From NCBI GenBank assembly GCA_963789265.1, contig CAWBKB010000001.1, positions 1,184,001 to 1,248,000 of the forward strand: 64,000 bases of DNA. Reading direction: 5' to 3'. Below, in pieces: positions 53,167-64,000 of this stretch. Each line of letters opens with the position of its first letter. Position 1 is the stretch's first letter. Origin of the DNA: an uncultured delta proteobacterium. GTDB lineage: Bacteria > Desulfobacterota > Desulfomonilia > Desulfomonilales > Desulfomonilaceae. Below the pieces are notes generated by a model. The model was not told the DNA's origin. It saw only the letters and a list, made by a program, of their open reading frames with translations, and did no database searches. The position numbers and the translations under genes were made by a program.

Positions 53167-54714
53167 ATGGTAAAATCAGTCAATGCTTCGTGGTGGGTGC
53201 AGCGTTGGAGCGAGCTTCAGCCGGAAAAGACGGCAATCGTTTTCGAAGGCCGGCGCATATCATATAGGGAGCTGAATGCTCGGGCTAACCGAACGGCCTG
53301 CTGGTTGCAATCTTTAGGGATCGAAAAGGGGGACCGTACCGCTGTTTTTTTGCAGAACGGTCCTGAATTTGTAGAGCTGTATCTCGCATGCTCGCGGCTC
53401 GGGGCTATCTTCGTCCCTCTGAACTTCAGGCTTGCCCCGCCCGAGGTGGATTACCTGATCAAGCACTGTCGCCCCAGGTTGCTTGTTTTTAGCCGGCTCT
53501 TTGAAAAGACCGTCCGCGCCTTGAACCTGGGCCACTACAGGCCGCCACTCCTTGCCGCGGTTGTCGGAAATAGCGGGAAGACTGAGGGTATTCTGGACTA
53601 TCGAACAGAGACAGAATTATTCAGCGGCCAAACTCCGTTCATAACACCTTCGCTCGGCCCAGCAGATCCGGAGGAACCCCATGTGATCATGTACACTTCC
53701 GGGACTACCGGTCGCCCAAAAGGTGCGGTTTTGAGCCATCGCAAAACCTTCTTCAACTGTCTGAATGCCGAGGTCTTCTTTCAATTGTCCTTTGACGACC
53801 GGATGCTTATCTTGTTGCCGTTGTTTCATTCCGGCGGGCTCTTCATTCAGGCTTCACCCTGTCTCTACAAGGGGGCCACTCTGATCATTCATCGCCGCTT
53901 CGACGCAATAAAGGCATATCAGGATATCGAAGAATTCGAGGTGACAAAATTCCTGGGAGTGCCGACGGTTTTTCGCTCTTTGCTTCAGGTGGAGGCGGAA
54001 CGACGCGGAGATGTAGCTTCTCTCGCGGTCTGTGCCATCGGCGGAGAAAAGGTGACTGCCGAGCTTCTGTCCGAATGCAGACAAAACGGCTTTCCGTTGC
54101 GGCAGATCATGGGCCAGACCGAGACCTCGATCTTGCTGTGGGCTTCCGAAGAGGAATCTCTCCAGAGGCCCGGTACAGTGGGGCGGCCTGTCTTCCATGC
54201 GGAGGTAAAGCTTGTCGACCGGCAGGGGCGTCGAGTGAGACCCGGGCACATAGGTGAAATAGTGGTCCGAGGCTCAATCATGATGAAGGAGTATTGGCAA
54301 GATCCGGTGCAGACCGAGCAAGTTCTCGAAGGGGGATGGCTGCGCACCGGAGACCTGGCTCGAATGGATGAGGATGGCTATTACTATCTGGTAGATAGAG
54401 CAAAGGACATGTACATATCGGGAGGAGAGAACGTCTACCCCGCGGAAATCGAAAGAGTTTTGAGCGAACATCCCGGCATTGCGGATGTGGCGGTGATAGG
54501 TATACCGGACGAGACCTACGGCGAGGTGGGGCATGCGTTCATAATTGCCGAGGATCAGGCCGAGCTGTCCGAGGACGATGTGATTCTGTACTGTAAGGGA
54601 AGACTGGCGGGTTACAAGCTGCCCCGAAAGGTGACTTTTTGCCGGGACTTCCCGAGAACTCCACTTGGCAAGGTTCGCAAGTTTTTATTGAATGGGAAGA
54701 GCAAAGAAGATTGA
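53167..54714 (+). CDS. Acyl-CoA synthetase / AMP-binding enzyme
   Basis: YTSGTTGRPKG, GQTET, WLRTGD, DRAKDMYISGGENVYP. Confidence 0.92.
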   Translation: MVKSVNASWWVQRWSELQPEKTAIVFEGRRISYRELNARANRTACWLQSLGIEKGDRTAVFLQNGPEFVELYLACSRLGAIFVPLNFRLAPPEVDYLIKHCRPRLLVFSRLFEKTVRALNLGHYRPPLLAAVVGNSGKTEGILDYRTETELFSGQTPFITPSLGPADPEEPHVIMYTSGTTGRPKGAVLSHRKTFFNCLNAEVFFQLSFDDRMLILLPLFHSGGLFIQASPCLYKGATLIIHRRFDAIKAYQDIEEFEVTKFLGVPTVFRSLLQVEAERRGDVASLAVCAIGGEKVTAELLSECRQNGFPLRQIMGQTETSILLWASEEESLQRPGTVGRPVFHAEVKLVDRQGRRVRPGHIGEIVVRGSIMMKEYWQDPVQTEQVLEGGWLRTGDLARMDEDGYYYLVDRAKDMYISGGENVYPAEIERVLSEHPGIADVAVIGIPDETYGEVGHAFIIAEDQAELSEDDVILYCKGRLAGYKLPRKVTFCRDFPRTPLGKVRKFLLNGKSKED

Positions 54715-54738
54715 CGGGTTCGTTGGCGACGAAGGGGG

Positions 54739-54984
54739 TCAGTGCCATCCCTTAGTGGGCTTTTTCATCTCCACAAATGCTTCCGACACTTGGCTCTTGG
54801 TCACACATAGCCTCTGGGCCAATTCCATGGGGCCGATGAAGCCGCCGACTATGATTTTTCGGAAGACACGTTGTAATTGCCTGAAGGATAGCCTGTACTT
54901 GGTCATCAAGGCTTCGTCATCCATTCCCGATCTGATGTCCTGAACTACATCATGCGCGCTTACGACTACGCGGCGTCTTCTCAT
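54739..54984 (-). CDS. Small helical protein of a Desulfomonile-type repeated domain
   Basis: GGAG RBS; VSAHDVVQDIRSGMDDEALMTKYRLS...L..VFRK. Confidence 0.6.
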   Translation of the reverse strand: MRRRRVVVSAHDVVQDIRSGMDDEALMTKYRLSFRQLQRVFRKIIVGGFIGPMELAQRLCVTKSQVSEAFVEMKKPTKGWH

Positions 54985-55247
54985 GCCAAACACTCCAGCT
55001 TCTACGTGGTTCTTAGCATACTTCTTTTCTGAGCCGGAGGGAAGATAGGAGAGAACCTCTTTGTCGGAGTAATCAAGAAAAATCTGGAAATCCCGGGACA
55101 CCTCGCCTAGTTCTCGAATCAGCTCCTGTCCGCCGTCTGGCATTTTTCAGTTCTGCTTTATCGCGAATGTTGCAGAAAATTTCGTGATGACGATAATGGT
55201 ATCACAATTTGTTGCGGCCCTGAGATGGCAAAAGGCTGAAGGAGAGT

Positions 55248-55499
55248 ATGATGGAAATTTGCAAACTCTATACGCTGAGCACTTGCAGTCACTGCAAATC
55301 GTGCAAAAGATTTCTCGGTGAGTGCGGAATTGAATATGAATTTACGGATGTCGATCTCCTGCCGGAAGCCGACAAAGCCGAAGTCATGGACGAGATCAAA
55401 CGGCTTACCTCCCGGTGCGCATTCCCAACCATCATTATCGGGGAGAAAGTCATCGTAGGGTTCCGGGAACCGGAACTCAGGCAAGCTCTGGGCCTATAA
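55248..55499 (+). CDS. Glutaredoxin/NrdH-like redoxin
   Basis: LYTLSTCSHC...FPTIIIG..VIVGF. Confidence 0.88.
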   Translation: MMEICKLYTLSTCSHCKSCKRFLGECGIEYEFTDVDLLPEADKAEVMDEIKRLTSRCAFPTIIIGEKVIVGFREPELRQALGL

Positions 55500-55761
55500 T
55501 GCGCCATAAGAGCTGCCAAGATGTCCAGCCCAATTTGGAATACACACGGGGTCACCCCAAACTTGATCCGGGATGGTAGTGGCGACCGGTGGTCGCCCTG
55601 GGCGAATGCCATTCGCCCCTACAAATTCCTGCCTTCACAGGAATAACTGTGAAACGTCTATGACGATTACCCCTGAGGATTCTGTAAGTAGACCACCAAC
55701 ATGTCACTATCCTCGCCACCCGTTCCACAGCCCTAGATTTATTGGCTATCAATCGCGAAAG

Positions 55762-55905
55762 CTACAATCTCTTGCCCAATAGGCCCAAAATTCCTATCAC
55801 GATTAGGTACACGGCTACAATTGTTGCTAATAAGCCGGGATAGATCAGGATCAATATGCCGGCAATTAGCGCGACGATGGCTTGAAATCTCGAGTGCGAG
55901 AACAT
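55762..55905 (-). CDS. 47-aa membrane protein, DUF3096-like (absent from the ORF track)
   Basis: GGGAG RBS; MFSHSRFQAIVALIAGILILIYPGLLATIVAVYLIVIGILGLLGKRL. Confidence 0.75.
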   Translation of the reverse strand: MFSHSRFQAIVALIAGILILIYPGLLATIVAVYLIVIGILGLLGKRL

Positions 55906-56039
55906 ACCAGACTCCCTTCATGGTTGATCTTCCATCAACAAGTTACTGTTATTCGCAAAGTACGTACCGCTTCCTCGATTGTCAAATTCTCTATTAGAGC
56001 TTTAGTACCAAAATTGTACCGATCCGACACCGGCCCTGT

Positions 56040-57156
56040 TCAACAAGTCGTGGGTTCGTTTTCGTGGGCCTCCATCAACAGATACTCCTGAATCAGCCTG
56101 TTCAAGTCACCGTCCAGGACAGCACTCACGTTGCCAATTTCAATGTTGGTGCGGTGGTCCTTAACCATCTGATAGGGCTGCAGAACATACGAGCGGATCT
56201 GTGAGCCCCATGCAATATCCTTCTGTGTTTTGTGGAGAGTGTCCTTCTCTTCCTGTTTCTTCTTTAACTCAAGATCGTACAGCCTCGACTTGAGAATCTT
56301 CATGGCCATAGCCTTGTTCTTGTGCTGGGATCTCTCGTTTTGACATTGCGCGACTATGCCGGTGGGCAGATGTGTGATCCTGACGGCTGAATCGGTCTTG
56401 TTCACATGCTGGCCGCCCGCGCCCGAAGACCGATAGGTGTCTATTTTCAGGTCCGCGTCATTGACTTGAATATCTACCGAGTCGTCCGCGCTTGGGAAGA
56501 CGAAGAAGGCAGCAAAAGAGGTATGCCGCCGCGCGTTTGCGTCAAACGGGGAAATCCGGACCAACCTGTGTATGCCAACTTCGGCCTTGAGTCGGCCGTA
56601 GGCATATTCGCCGTCTACGGAGAATGTGGCAGACTTTACACCTGCTTCTTCACCGGGCAAGGTGTCCAGAATCTCCGATTTGTAGCCTTCGCGCTCTGCC
56701 CAGCGGAGGTACATCCTGAGGAGCATCTCGGCCCAATCTTGAGCTTCCGTGCCGCCAGCCCCCGCGTGGATCTCCACAATCGCGTCGCCGATGTCCTCCG
56801 GTCTCGAGAAAAGCCTCTGGATCTGCAAGCCGCGAATATGCTCCTCCAGGGAGTCCAGTTTCTCTTCTACTTCCTTGATAACAGAATGGTCCTCCTCCTC
56901 CAATGCAAGTTGTAGGAGAATGGCTGTTTCGTCGAGTTCCTTGTCAAGACCTAAAAAATTCTCAACCAAGACTGAAATCTGCTTCTGTTCCTTGAGTAGT
57001 GTCTTGGCGGCGGTGGGATCGTTCCAGAATTCCGAGTTTTCCTGGGTCTTTTCCAGTTCGGTCAGGCGGGATATCTTGGCGTCGAGGTCAAAGATAACCT
57101 CGAAGTTCACTGGATTTTTGCCGAATTTCGGCCAGTCTTTCTTCAATCTCCAACAT
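56040..57156 (-). CDS. prfB: Peptide chain release factor 2 with programmed +1 frameshift
   Basis: MLEIEERLAEIRQKSSELRGYL, then CTT TGA C at 57093..57087 preceded by GAGGT; SPF and GGQ motifs. Confidence 0.95.
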
Positions 57157-58213
57157 CATTGTCCTCCTCGGTAATGGACTGGCTTCCGGCGAAAGCCCGT
57201 CCTTCCAACCATTTATTGTAAGCTGTGAAGCCGTCGAGTTCCACGGATTCAAGTGCTTCATTGATTATTTTGAGTTTGGCATCCAAGTCGTCGATGCAAT
57301 GCACCAGGATTGCCTCCCTCGTCAAGGGCTTTACCGGTGAACCGAATTGGGTCTCTCCGTGATGCGACAGCAGAACATGTTCCACTTCGCGAAGCCAGGG
57401 TTGATCGACAATGCCCTTTTCCGAGGCCGCGTCTCGAACCATACTAAGGCCCAGAATCAGGTGCCCAATCAGCCTGCCCTCGGTGGTTCGACCTCCACCG
57501 GTAGGGCTGAGTTCGTATACCTTTCCTATATCATGGAGTATCGCGCCTGCCAGCGCAATACCCCTGTTTATGTTTTTCTCCAGCTTGAGAATCGCCTCCA
57601 TCTTCCTAGTGACTGTGGCAATGTGTTCGATCAGCCCCCCCCGGTAGGCGTGATGAACCATTCTGGCAGCGGGAAATGTTTTGACGGCATCCGCGTGACG
57701 ATCCAGAATCTCGGTCACCAATTCTGCTAATTCAGGTGGATCCAGACTGCCGGCCGTTACCTTCAACTCTTCGAACAGAGATTCGGAGTCGTATGGACTC
57801 ATTCGTAACAAAGCAGAAAGATCCGGCACATCCGAAGGGTCCGAGCGTCGGATTTTGCTGACCACAAGCTGAAGATGGTCCCGGTAGGTCTCTACGCCGC
57901 CCTCAATTTTCACTACGTCGCCGGGGCTGAAATCTTGGCCCCACTTGCGGATGGACTCCGGCCACATCTTCGCTGAAATCGCGCCAGTGGCGTCTCCCAC
58001 CACAAGGTCGAGGTAAGCTTGGCCGGAGCGTGTTTTGCGTGGCTCTTTCGACCTCAACTCGAAATACTGGAGTAAATTATCGCCGGCCTTGAGGTCCTTG
58101 ACGCAAATTAGGACGCTATTTGTGTCGTCACCATTCATTTGTGGGCTTCTTTCGCCGCGAGCGGTCTTCGCCTCGTACCTGGGGTGCAAGCGAAACCGAG
58201 TCCGCTCTGTCAA
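57143..58213 (-). CDS. OB-fold + HD 3'-5' exoribonuclease (YhaM/Cbf1-like)
   Basis: GDATGAISAKMW, HHAYRGGLIEH, HDIGK, SHHG, DDLDAK. Confidence 0.87.
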   Translation of the reverse strand: MTERTRFRLHPRYEAKTARGERSPQMNGDDTNSVLICVKDLKAGDNLLQYFELRSKEPRKTRSGQAYLDLVVGDATGAISAKMWPESIRKWGQDFSPGDVVKIEGGVETYRDHLQLVVSKIRRSDPSDVPDLSALLRMSPYDSESLFEELKVTAGSLDPPELAELVTEILDRHADAVKTFPAARMVHHAYRGGLIEHIATVTRKMEAILKLEKNINRGIALAGAILHDIGKVYELSPTGGGRTTEGRLIGHLILGLSMVRDAASEKGIVDQPWLREVEHVLLSHHGETQFGSPVKPLTREAILVHCIDDLDAKLKIINEALESVELDGFTAYNKWLEGRAFAGSQSITEEDNDVGD

Positions 58214-60592
58214 AATAGATGGGATCTGGATCTAATAGTGGAAGGTAAGGGATGGTTGAACTTTTCGGTCAAAGCGTCCAGGCATTTTTCGATAAATCCG
58301 TCCACGTCTACCCGTTTGCCGCCGTGCAGGATGGCGTAGATCTCACCTAGAATCGGGGGATAAAAGCCTCGCTGTGAGGCTATTCGCTGAGCGAAGCGCG
58401 ACGCCTCAAAGCCTTCGATGGCTATCATTTTCTTGCGATACTGTTCGAGAAGAACGCGGGCCGGTATGGATTTGAGGTTTTTTTCGTCCATCTGGGCAAG
58501 GTCCCGGCCAAAGCTGGCGGATCGGCCCCCTCGGCATGTGGCGAGCAGGTCGGCCATCCACACTTGGCTTTCCGCGTCGAAGGTGTCGGGAGATGCTCCC
58601 AGGAGAATTCCGAATTGGCGTATCTCGGCCGTTACCAGAGTGGCATAAGTGGCCAAGAAATTTTCAGGGGCGCGCTTTGAGCCTTCCAGTATCCCGAATC
58701 CGATAGCGTACACATTCTTCAAAGCCGCTGATATTGTTGTGCCGATCACGTCGCCGGAGTAGACGACGCGAAACCGGGAGGTCTCTATAAGAGGCCTGAG
58801 GCGTTCGAAGGTCTCATAGTGCTCGCATGCGATTTGCGTAACCCCAGCCCCTCCATACACTATCTCGTGGGCAAGATTGGCCCCGGAAAGGACAGAGACC
58901 CTCATCCTTTTCCCCAGGCGTTCCATCTCCTGGTGTGTGGTTTGACACGGGAGCAACCCTGTTTCAGGGATAAAACCTTTGGTGGCGATTACAAAGTCGC
59001 TTCCATCCGGAGCGAGTTCCAAAACTTTTACGAGCGTCGAATAGAAGTATTTACTCGGCGTCACGATCAGAACAAGCGAAGTGTCACCAACCGCGGCGAT
59101 AAGGTCCGCCTCGGGTCTAACCGATCTCGGAAGAGAAATATCTCTGTAGTGCCACGGGTGCTTCCCTTCGACCGTGAGCTTCTCGATAAGGTCCTCTCGC
59201 GAATCATACAGGATCAGCGAATGCTCTGATAGTTCCTCCTTCTTCAATAGATTCATGCCGATATGAAGCGCAAGAGTGTATCCCCAAGCCCCGGCATTCA
59301 CCACGGTCATGGTGTTGCGCCCACTCAGGGGATAAATTCTCCTATCTGCATGATACGCGTAGAATCTCAATAGGGGAATATTCCGAGGGGCGTATGCGCG
59401 CCTGAGCAGGGGCTTGGAGATGGCCCTGCGGCTTGTTAATAGCTTGAGACCGATCTTTATCGCTTCCGGCAAGTCAGACGTAATCAAAGGGTGAAAAGGC
59501 GGCTCTCTCCGATATCTCATTCGGAAAAAAGACGTGGTATTCGAAACCTCCTCATCGACGTTTTCACGAAGCGCCTTCATGTTGAGTCGCTCCAAACCCT
59601 GCATGGCTTTAGCTACCAACTGAGTCGGGTGAATAGTCTTGTTGCGCGCGATCTCCTCGATCGCCCGGTGCGAAATTCTCTGAAGAGTGAGAGAGTTGTC
59701 GTTCGTAAGTTCAAACGGCTCGCCCACGTTCGTCACTTACGTCGCCAAATGCCCGATCCAGCCCCTTAAAGATTTTGTCCGGATTCCCCAGTCCCAACAG
59801 CATCGAAAGAAGCACTGTCCAACCTCTGGGAAACATTGACATAATTGGGAAGAACCCGGACGCCGTCAGATAGGTGTCTTCCGGAATGACCGAATAAGAA
59901 ATCGCTACCGGAACCACCAGCGCCCGACCCGCAGCCTTTACTGAGGCCAAAACTCCATGGGGAACATACGGCTCTCGAAGGATGCCGTCTCTCGAGCGCA
60001 CGGCATATCTGCTGGTTCTCGCAAATAGCGCCTGAACTTCTCCCGCTTCCGCCAAAGCCGCACAATACCAGGAATAGCCGCGGTGCTGAACCCCGGCGAA
60101 GCTCTTTGGCACGATGACTCTGCGGAAGCCCTTAAGCCAATGGGACATCCAGCCCTTGGTAAGACTTCCGGTGACGTGAACGATCGGAGTGCGGAGGAAG
60201 AGGTGATGGATCAGTTGCGCGGTCAGGAGATAATCAAAGTACGACGTGTGGCCGACGAAGAAGAACACCGGACCGTCAAACTCCGCTATCCTGCGCCTGA
60301 TCTCTACGGGAACCGGGCTGGACACATCCTTGAACAGCGTCTTGCCCAGAAATGCAAGCATAGCCCAAGTCTTGTGGAACTCATTCAAATCGAATGAAAC
60401 TGCGAGTTCCGACAATGCTCGCTGTAGCTCGCTGCGATCGCCTTTCGGCTCGTACGTTTCCGCCAGCTTTAGGGCCCGTTCGCGTAAAAATCTCTGATCC
60501 AGAGCCACGGGAGGGATCACTGACAGAGACTTCTTGAATTGTCTGAATCCCTCGTGGGACTCGAAGAGCTCTAGTGTGCGACGGAGATACAT
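58210..60592 (-). CDS. Glycerol-3-P acyltransferase (PlsB-like) fused to NAD(P)H glycerol-3-P dehydrogenase (GpsA-like); frameshift near 59735
   Basis: GHTSYFD (HxxxxD), RSRDG, VPVAISY, GDVS/NVGEPF; then NAGAWG, ATKG, SGANLA, ALKNVYAI, DLLATC. Confidence 0.75.
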
Positions 60593-60642
60593 CTTTTCCT
60601 GACCCCATCAAGGCGGTTGTCACAATGGCAGAACCGATTCAG

Positions 60643-61564
60643 TCAGTTCACGATACCGGTCGCGGGCTTCTCGGGTTCCCTCACAGGTGCCCTGGGACCG
60701 TGGCGAGGGGATGGAGGCGGTTGCAATTGCCGCGCGGGCTGCTCTTGCTGAACCGCGGGCCCTGATCGTGGGGCCGCGGAAGGGGGAGCCGGAAGGCTTT
60801 GCGGCTGGGGCGAGACCGCCGGCGGCTGAGTCGGCTGAACCTGAGGTTGTATTGGCCCGGTAGTTGGCAGGGACGGCTGAACCTGAGGTTGTATTGGCCC
60901 GGTAGTTGGCGGGGACGGCTGAACCCGGGTGGGAGGGGCCTCCAGCGCGGGTGCCGGAACGGCTTGAGGTGTCGAGGGCTTAGTCCCGGCTTCAGCTCCC
61001 GTGAACTTGACCGATACGAGGACATTATTAAATATGTCGTGATATTTTTCCATAGCCTTGGAAGGTGCCAGACAAGCGATCCGGAGAAGAGTCTGGTCGT
61101 GCTTATAATACACTATGACGACGTCCATCCAGATCTTGGGCTTGTTCTCAGGGGCCTGAACATAGAAATAGTACGCGTCCGGGACATCACACTTGAACTT
61201 TCCCTCGTCGATAATCCGGACTTCCTGTTTGTCCTTTGTCCGTGTTCTCTTTTGTAAGTCTTTGATACCGTTGCGTAGTTCCTGCAAGTAGAGAACTCAA
61301 GGGATCTTTTGAAGGTTTGTGCGCGGCAATCTGAATACGATCTCTGAAGCCATCAGTCAGATCAGGAGCTTGAAAGACCACATAATAATTTCCTATTGGC
61401 CTGTCCAGCTTGACCCACGACGCGGGATATTTCATGGTGAATCCATATTCTTCACTGGTAAAAACTTTGTAATCTTCGGCTGAAGAGATCGCCGGAATTA
61501 CAAGGATCACCATAGCGAAAAACAAGGGGATTCTCCAAGAGAACCCTATCCTCGGAAAGTGCAT
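60643..61564 (-). CDS. Exported PsbP-like protein with Pro/Gln-rich tail (frameshift near 61295)
   Basis: Signal peptide; YGFTMKYPASW; tail with tandem PTTGPIQPQVQP repeats. Confidence 0.65.
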
Positions 61565-61728
61565 CTAACCGTCTCCTTTCGAGCCAGGCCTCGCATAATC
61601 AAGATCGCATAATATCAGGAAAACCTCAACAGGGTCAACGCTTTTCTCTCGCTATGTCTCGATATCTAATGCAGATTCCAGGAGACAAATTATTCGAGCC
61701 ACGTGCACCAACACGTGGTCGAGCGATT

Positions 61729-62905
61729 TCACCGATAGCGTGATCCTCGCCACAGAATTTCTCTGTCCATCAGTACGGTCCCTAGCGTGCTCGCCGCTAC
61801 CCAGGCCCCCACGAGGATGCCTGCGGGTGCCAGGAGGCCATACAGCCAGTTCCCATGTTCCAGCTTTATAAACAGACTGTATGGAATGATTACTGCGGCC
61901 ATGGCAACGGTCGACATGACGAAAAGCTCCGGAATAGGTGTGGTGATGTTTCCAACGAGCAACAGAGCCCCGGAGAACACAAAGAACACAGTAAGAAGAA
62001 ACTAGCGAAACATAATTAACAATCAATCTCATAATCTTGGGTATGCTCCGCTCCAGAGCCCCATAAAAGGTTCTCCTCCAAAAGCTGCACACTTCAGACA
62101 GGCTTTCAAACGGTCTGGTTCGAATCAGGTCGCCACCGCGCATCAAGCCCATCTTCAACCCGTTTGCCTTGACGGCCTTGGCCAAAGCCACGTCCTCAGT
62201 CAGTTGATCCTTGAATGTTTCCCACGTACCAACCGTGTGGTAGGCCGACCGGCTGATCATGATAAAACAACCCGAAGCCACGGCTGCCGGTTTAGTCGAG
62301 TCGTTCACCTCCGTCAATGGATAAAAATAGGATAGGCCCAGAGCCAAATGAGGATATATCGCATCCTCGAGAAGCCCCCTATTTGTGAAGCCCGGCAAAA
62401 GACTTATCATATCAAAATTATTAGCTAAGAAAAACTCCAGAGCTTTCGATATAGTATCCGGCCGAAAGACTGCGTCCGCATCGCTGAAAAGCAACACGCC
62501 CTCCGACGCGTGCCCTGCAGCCTGGAAAATAGCGTGCGTTTTTCCAGTCCAGCCCTGGGGAAGCTCTCGGATGGAAAGAACAGTTATTCTAGTATCTTCC
62601 CTGGCCAAACGCTCCATGATTTCAAAGGTCCGGTCTTTACTGCGATCGTTTATAAGTATCAAGTGGATGGCAGGATGGTTGGATGCCAGCACGGACCGAA
62701 CGGATTCTTCAAGGTGACGTTCTTCATCCTTGGCAGCAACGATCACCGTCACCAAAGGAAGGAGGATAGGCGTACTCCCGGTCTTTCCATCTGTCAGGCT
62801 AGGCTCTTTCCTCAGCACCCATACCAACAGAAGATTCATGTAAAGCAACTTAAGTAAGACTAAGAGGACGAAAACAATTCCCGCCCACGCTATCCATATT
62901 GTCAA
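61729..62905 (-). CDS. Membrane GT2 glycosyltransferase (HpnB/CrtQ-like; frameshift near 61995)
   Basis: VIVAAKDEE, NDRSKDRT, GWTGK, FSDAD, TEDVALA; C-terminus ILWRGSRY in the shifted frame. Confidence 0.82.
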
Positions 62906-63616
62906 TATTCAAATCCCTTTCTTCGGCCCTGTGAGCCGGCGGTCAGAAACGAAGCCGGGCGATTATGGGAACGAGCTCCTCAAGGCGGTGTCAAAACAAG
63001 GCCTTGCCCGAAAATAGTAGCACGTTGCCTACTTTCCCGGCAATACCGTGTTCCACGCGGGACCACGGTACCTATCGACCGTCCCCCCGGGGCTCCTGCC
63101 ATTCGAGCTCAGCGGGGCCATTGAAAGTGGGCCGCTGCTGCGGCGCGGCTATCATCGCGGCGCGATTATCGGAATCATAGTATTCGCAAGGATTCTAAAG
63201 GCCAGGCAGCACCGAACCAACCGTCGCTCGGCAAAGAAACGATGCCGGAAGATGCTGATCCAGCTCTAGTGAGACGCATCATATTTCGCTCTTTTCCTTC
63301 GTTCTTGATCGGCCGCGGCATGTTGCACACAAATGCAAAGCGGTATTCGATGCAGCTTGCCAAAAGTGGACGCACTCTATTCGGTTAGCTATGTTTGTCC
63401 GCAGGAAAGTTGGCTGTCGGGAGCTCTTTTTCGGTCCCGGACAAGCCTGAAGAAGATGTATTTTCTCGGGCCTAATCTCGGGACACGCGGGTGCGTCGTC
63501 TCAAGGGGCTCAAACCGACACCGCTCCGGTTCCACAGCCGTCATGATTCCCTACGGCCTCGGTAGAAAGTGGCATAACGGCGTAACGGGCCCTCAAGTGC
63601 GGTCCAATCCCTCGGC

Positions 63617-64000
63617 CTAGCGGAGCGTAATGCGCTGCTCTCTGAAGAGTTTCTCTGCAGTAGCGCGATCTTGCCGGGCCAAGTCAGGTCTGTGTATCTT
63701 CTCTTGGAGCAAGGCCCGATTTTGATATGCACGAAGATTCCGGGGATCGAGCCTTATAGCAGCGGAGAAATAAGCGCTAGCGGCCATATACTCCCCCTTG
63801 TTCATCAAATCTTTGCCTTCAGCCAGATAGATTTCGGGGCGTGCCGATCCATCGTCGTAGACTAATGCCTGTTCCCCTGAAAATCCGCTTTCTCCTCGCG
63901 GATTCCAGGCCGTAACGGCAAAGAAATACAGCTTCTCATTTTTCAAACCGCGAAGCACTAATGCAGATCTGTCACAGTTAACCAAACCCCTGTAGTCTTC
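63617..64000 (-). CDS. Fibronectin type III + TPR protein (5'-truncated by the window edge)
   Basis: GLKNEKLYFFAVTAWNPRGESGFS followed by a TPR motif. Confidence 0.75.
   Translation of the reverse strand, partial: EDYRGLVNCDRSALVLRGLKNEKLYFFAVTAWNPRGESGFSGEQALVYDDGSARPEIYLAEGKDLMNKGEYMAASAYFSAAIRLDPRNLRAYQNRALLQEKIHRPDLARQDRATAEKLFREQRITLR

Noticed and set aside
62965..63290. Possible small exported protein on the minus strand
   Set aside because: Needs several frameshift repairs and has no recognisable motif.

Overview
Chromosomal window of a ~55% GC bacterium. It is inferred to be a Desulfomonile-like Desulfobacterota, from a lineage-typical small protein, the gene content and the repeat landscape. 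Contents: housekeeping and metabolic genes (oversized GlmS-like enzyme, IHF/HU, EndoQ-UvrD fusion, EF-G paralogue, prfB with its programmed frameshift, tRNA-Gly), a TlpA/ArsR/NikR block, two type II TA pairs, a type IV minor-pilin/PilY1 cluster, glycosyltransferases with gmd-fcl, a PAS kinase, a split dnaE2-like cassette and a PlsB-GpsA-like fusion. About 10 genes are broken by single-base insertions, most likely assembly artefacts. Most notable signals missing from the ORF track: (1) a 46-aa membrane micro-protein with an in-frame UGA followed by a SECIS-like hairpin (candidate selenoprotein) in a tlpA-x-arsR operon; (2) a ~62-nt sigma54-promoter/intrinsic-terminator transcript with anti-Shine-Dalgarno motifs (candidate sRNA) beside a DnaA-box cluster; (3) MITE/REP insertions kept in-frame inside prepilin leader peptides; (4) a lexA vestige and a GAAC-N4-GTTC box in front of the split dnaE2; (5) nested MITEs, REPs and a micro-palindrome.
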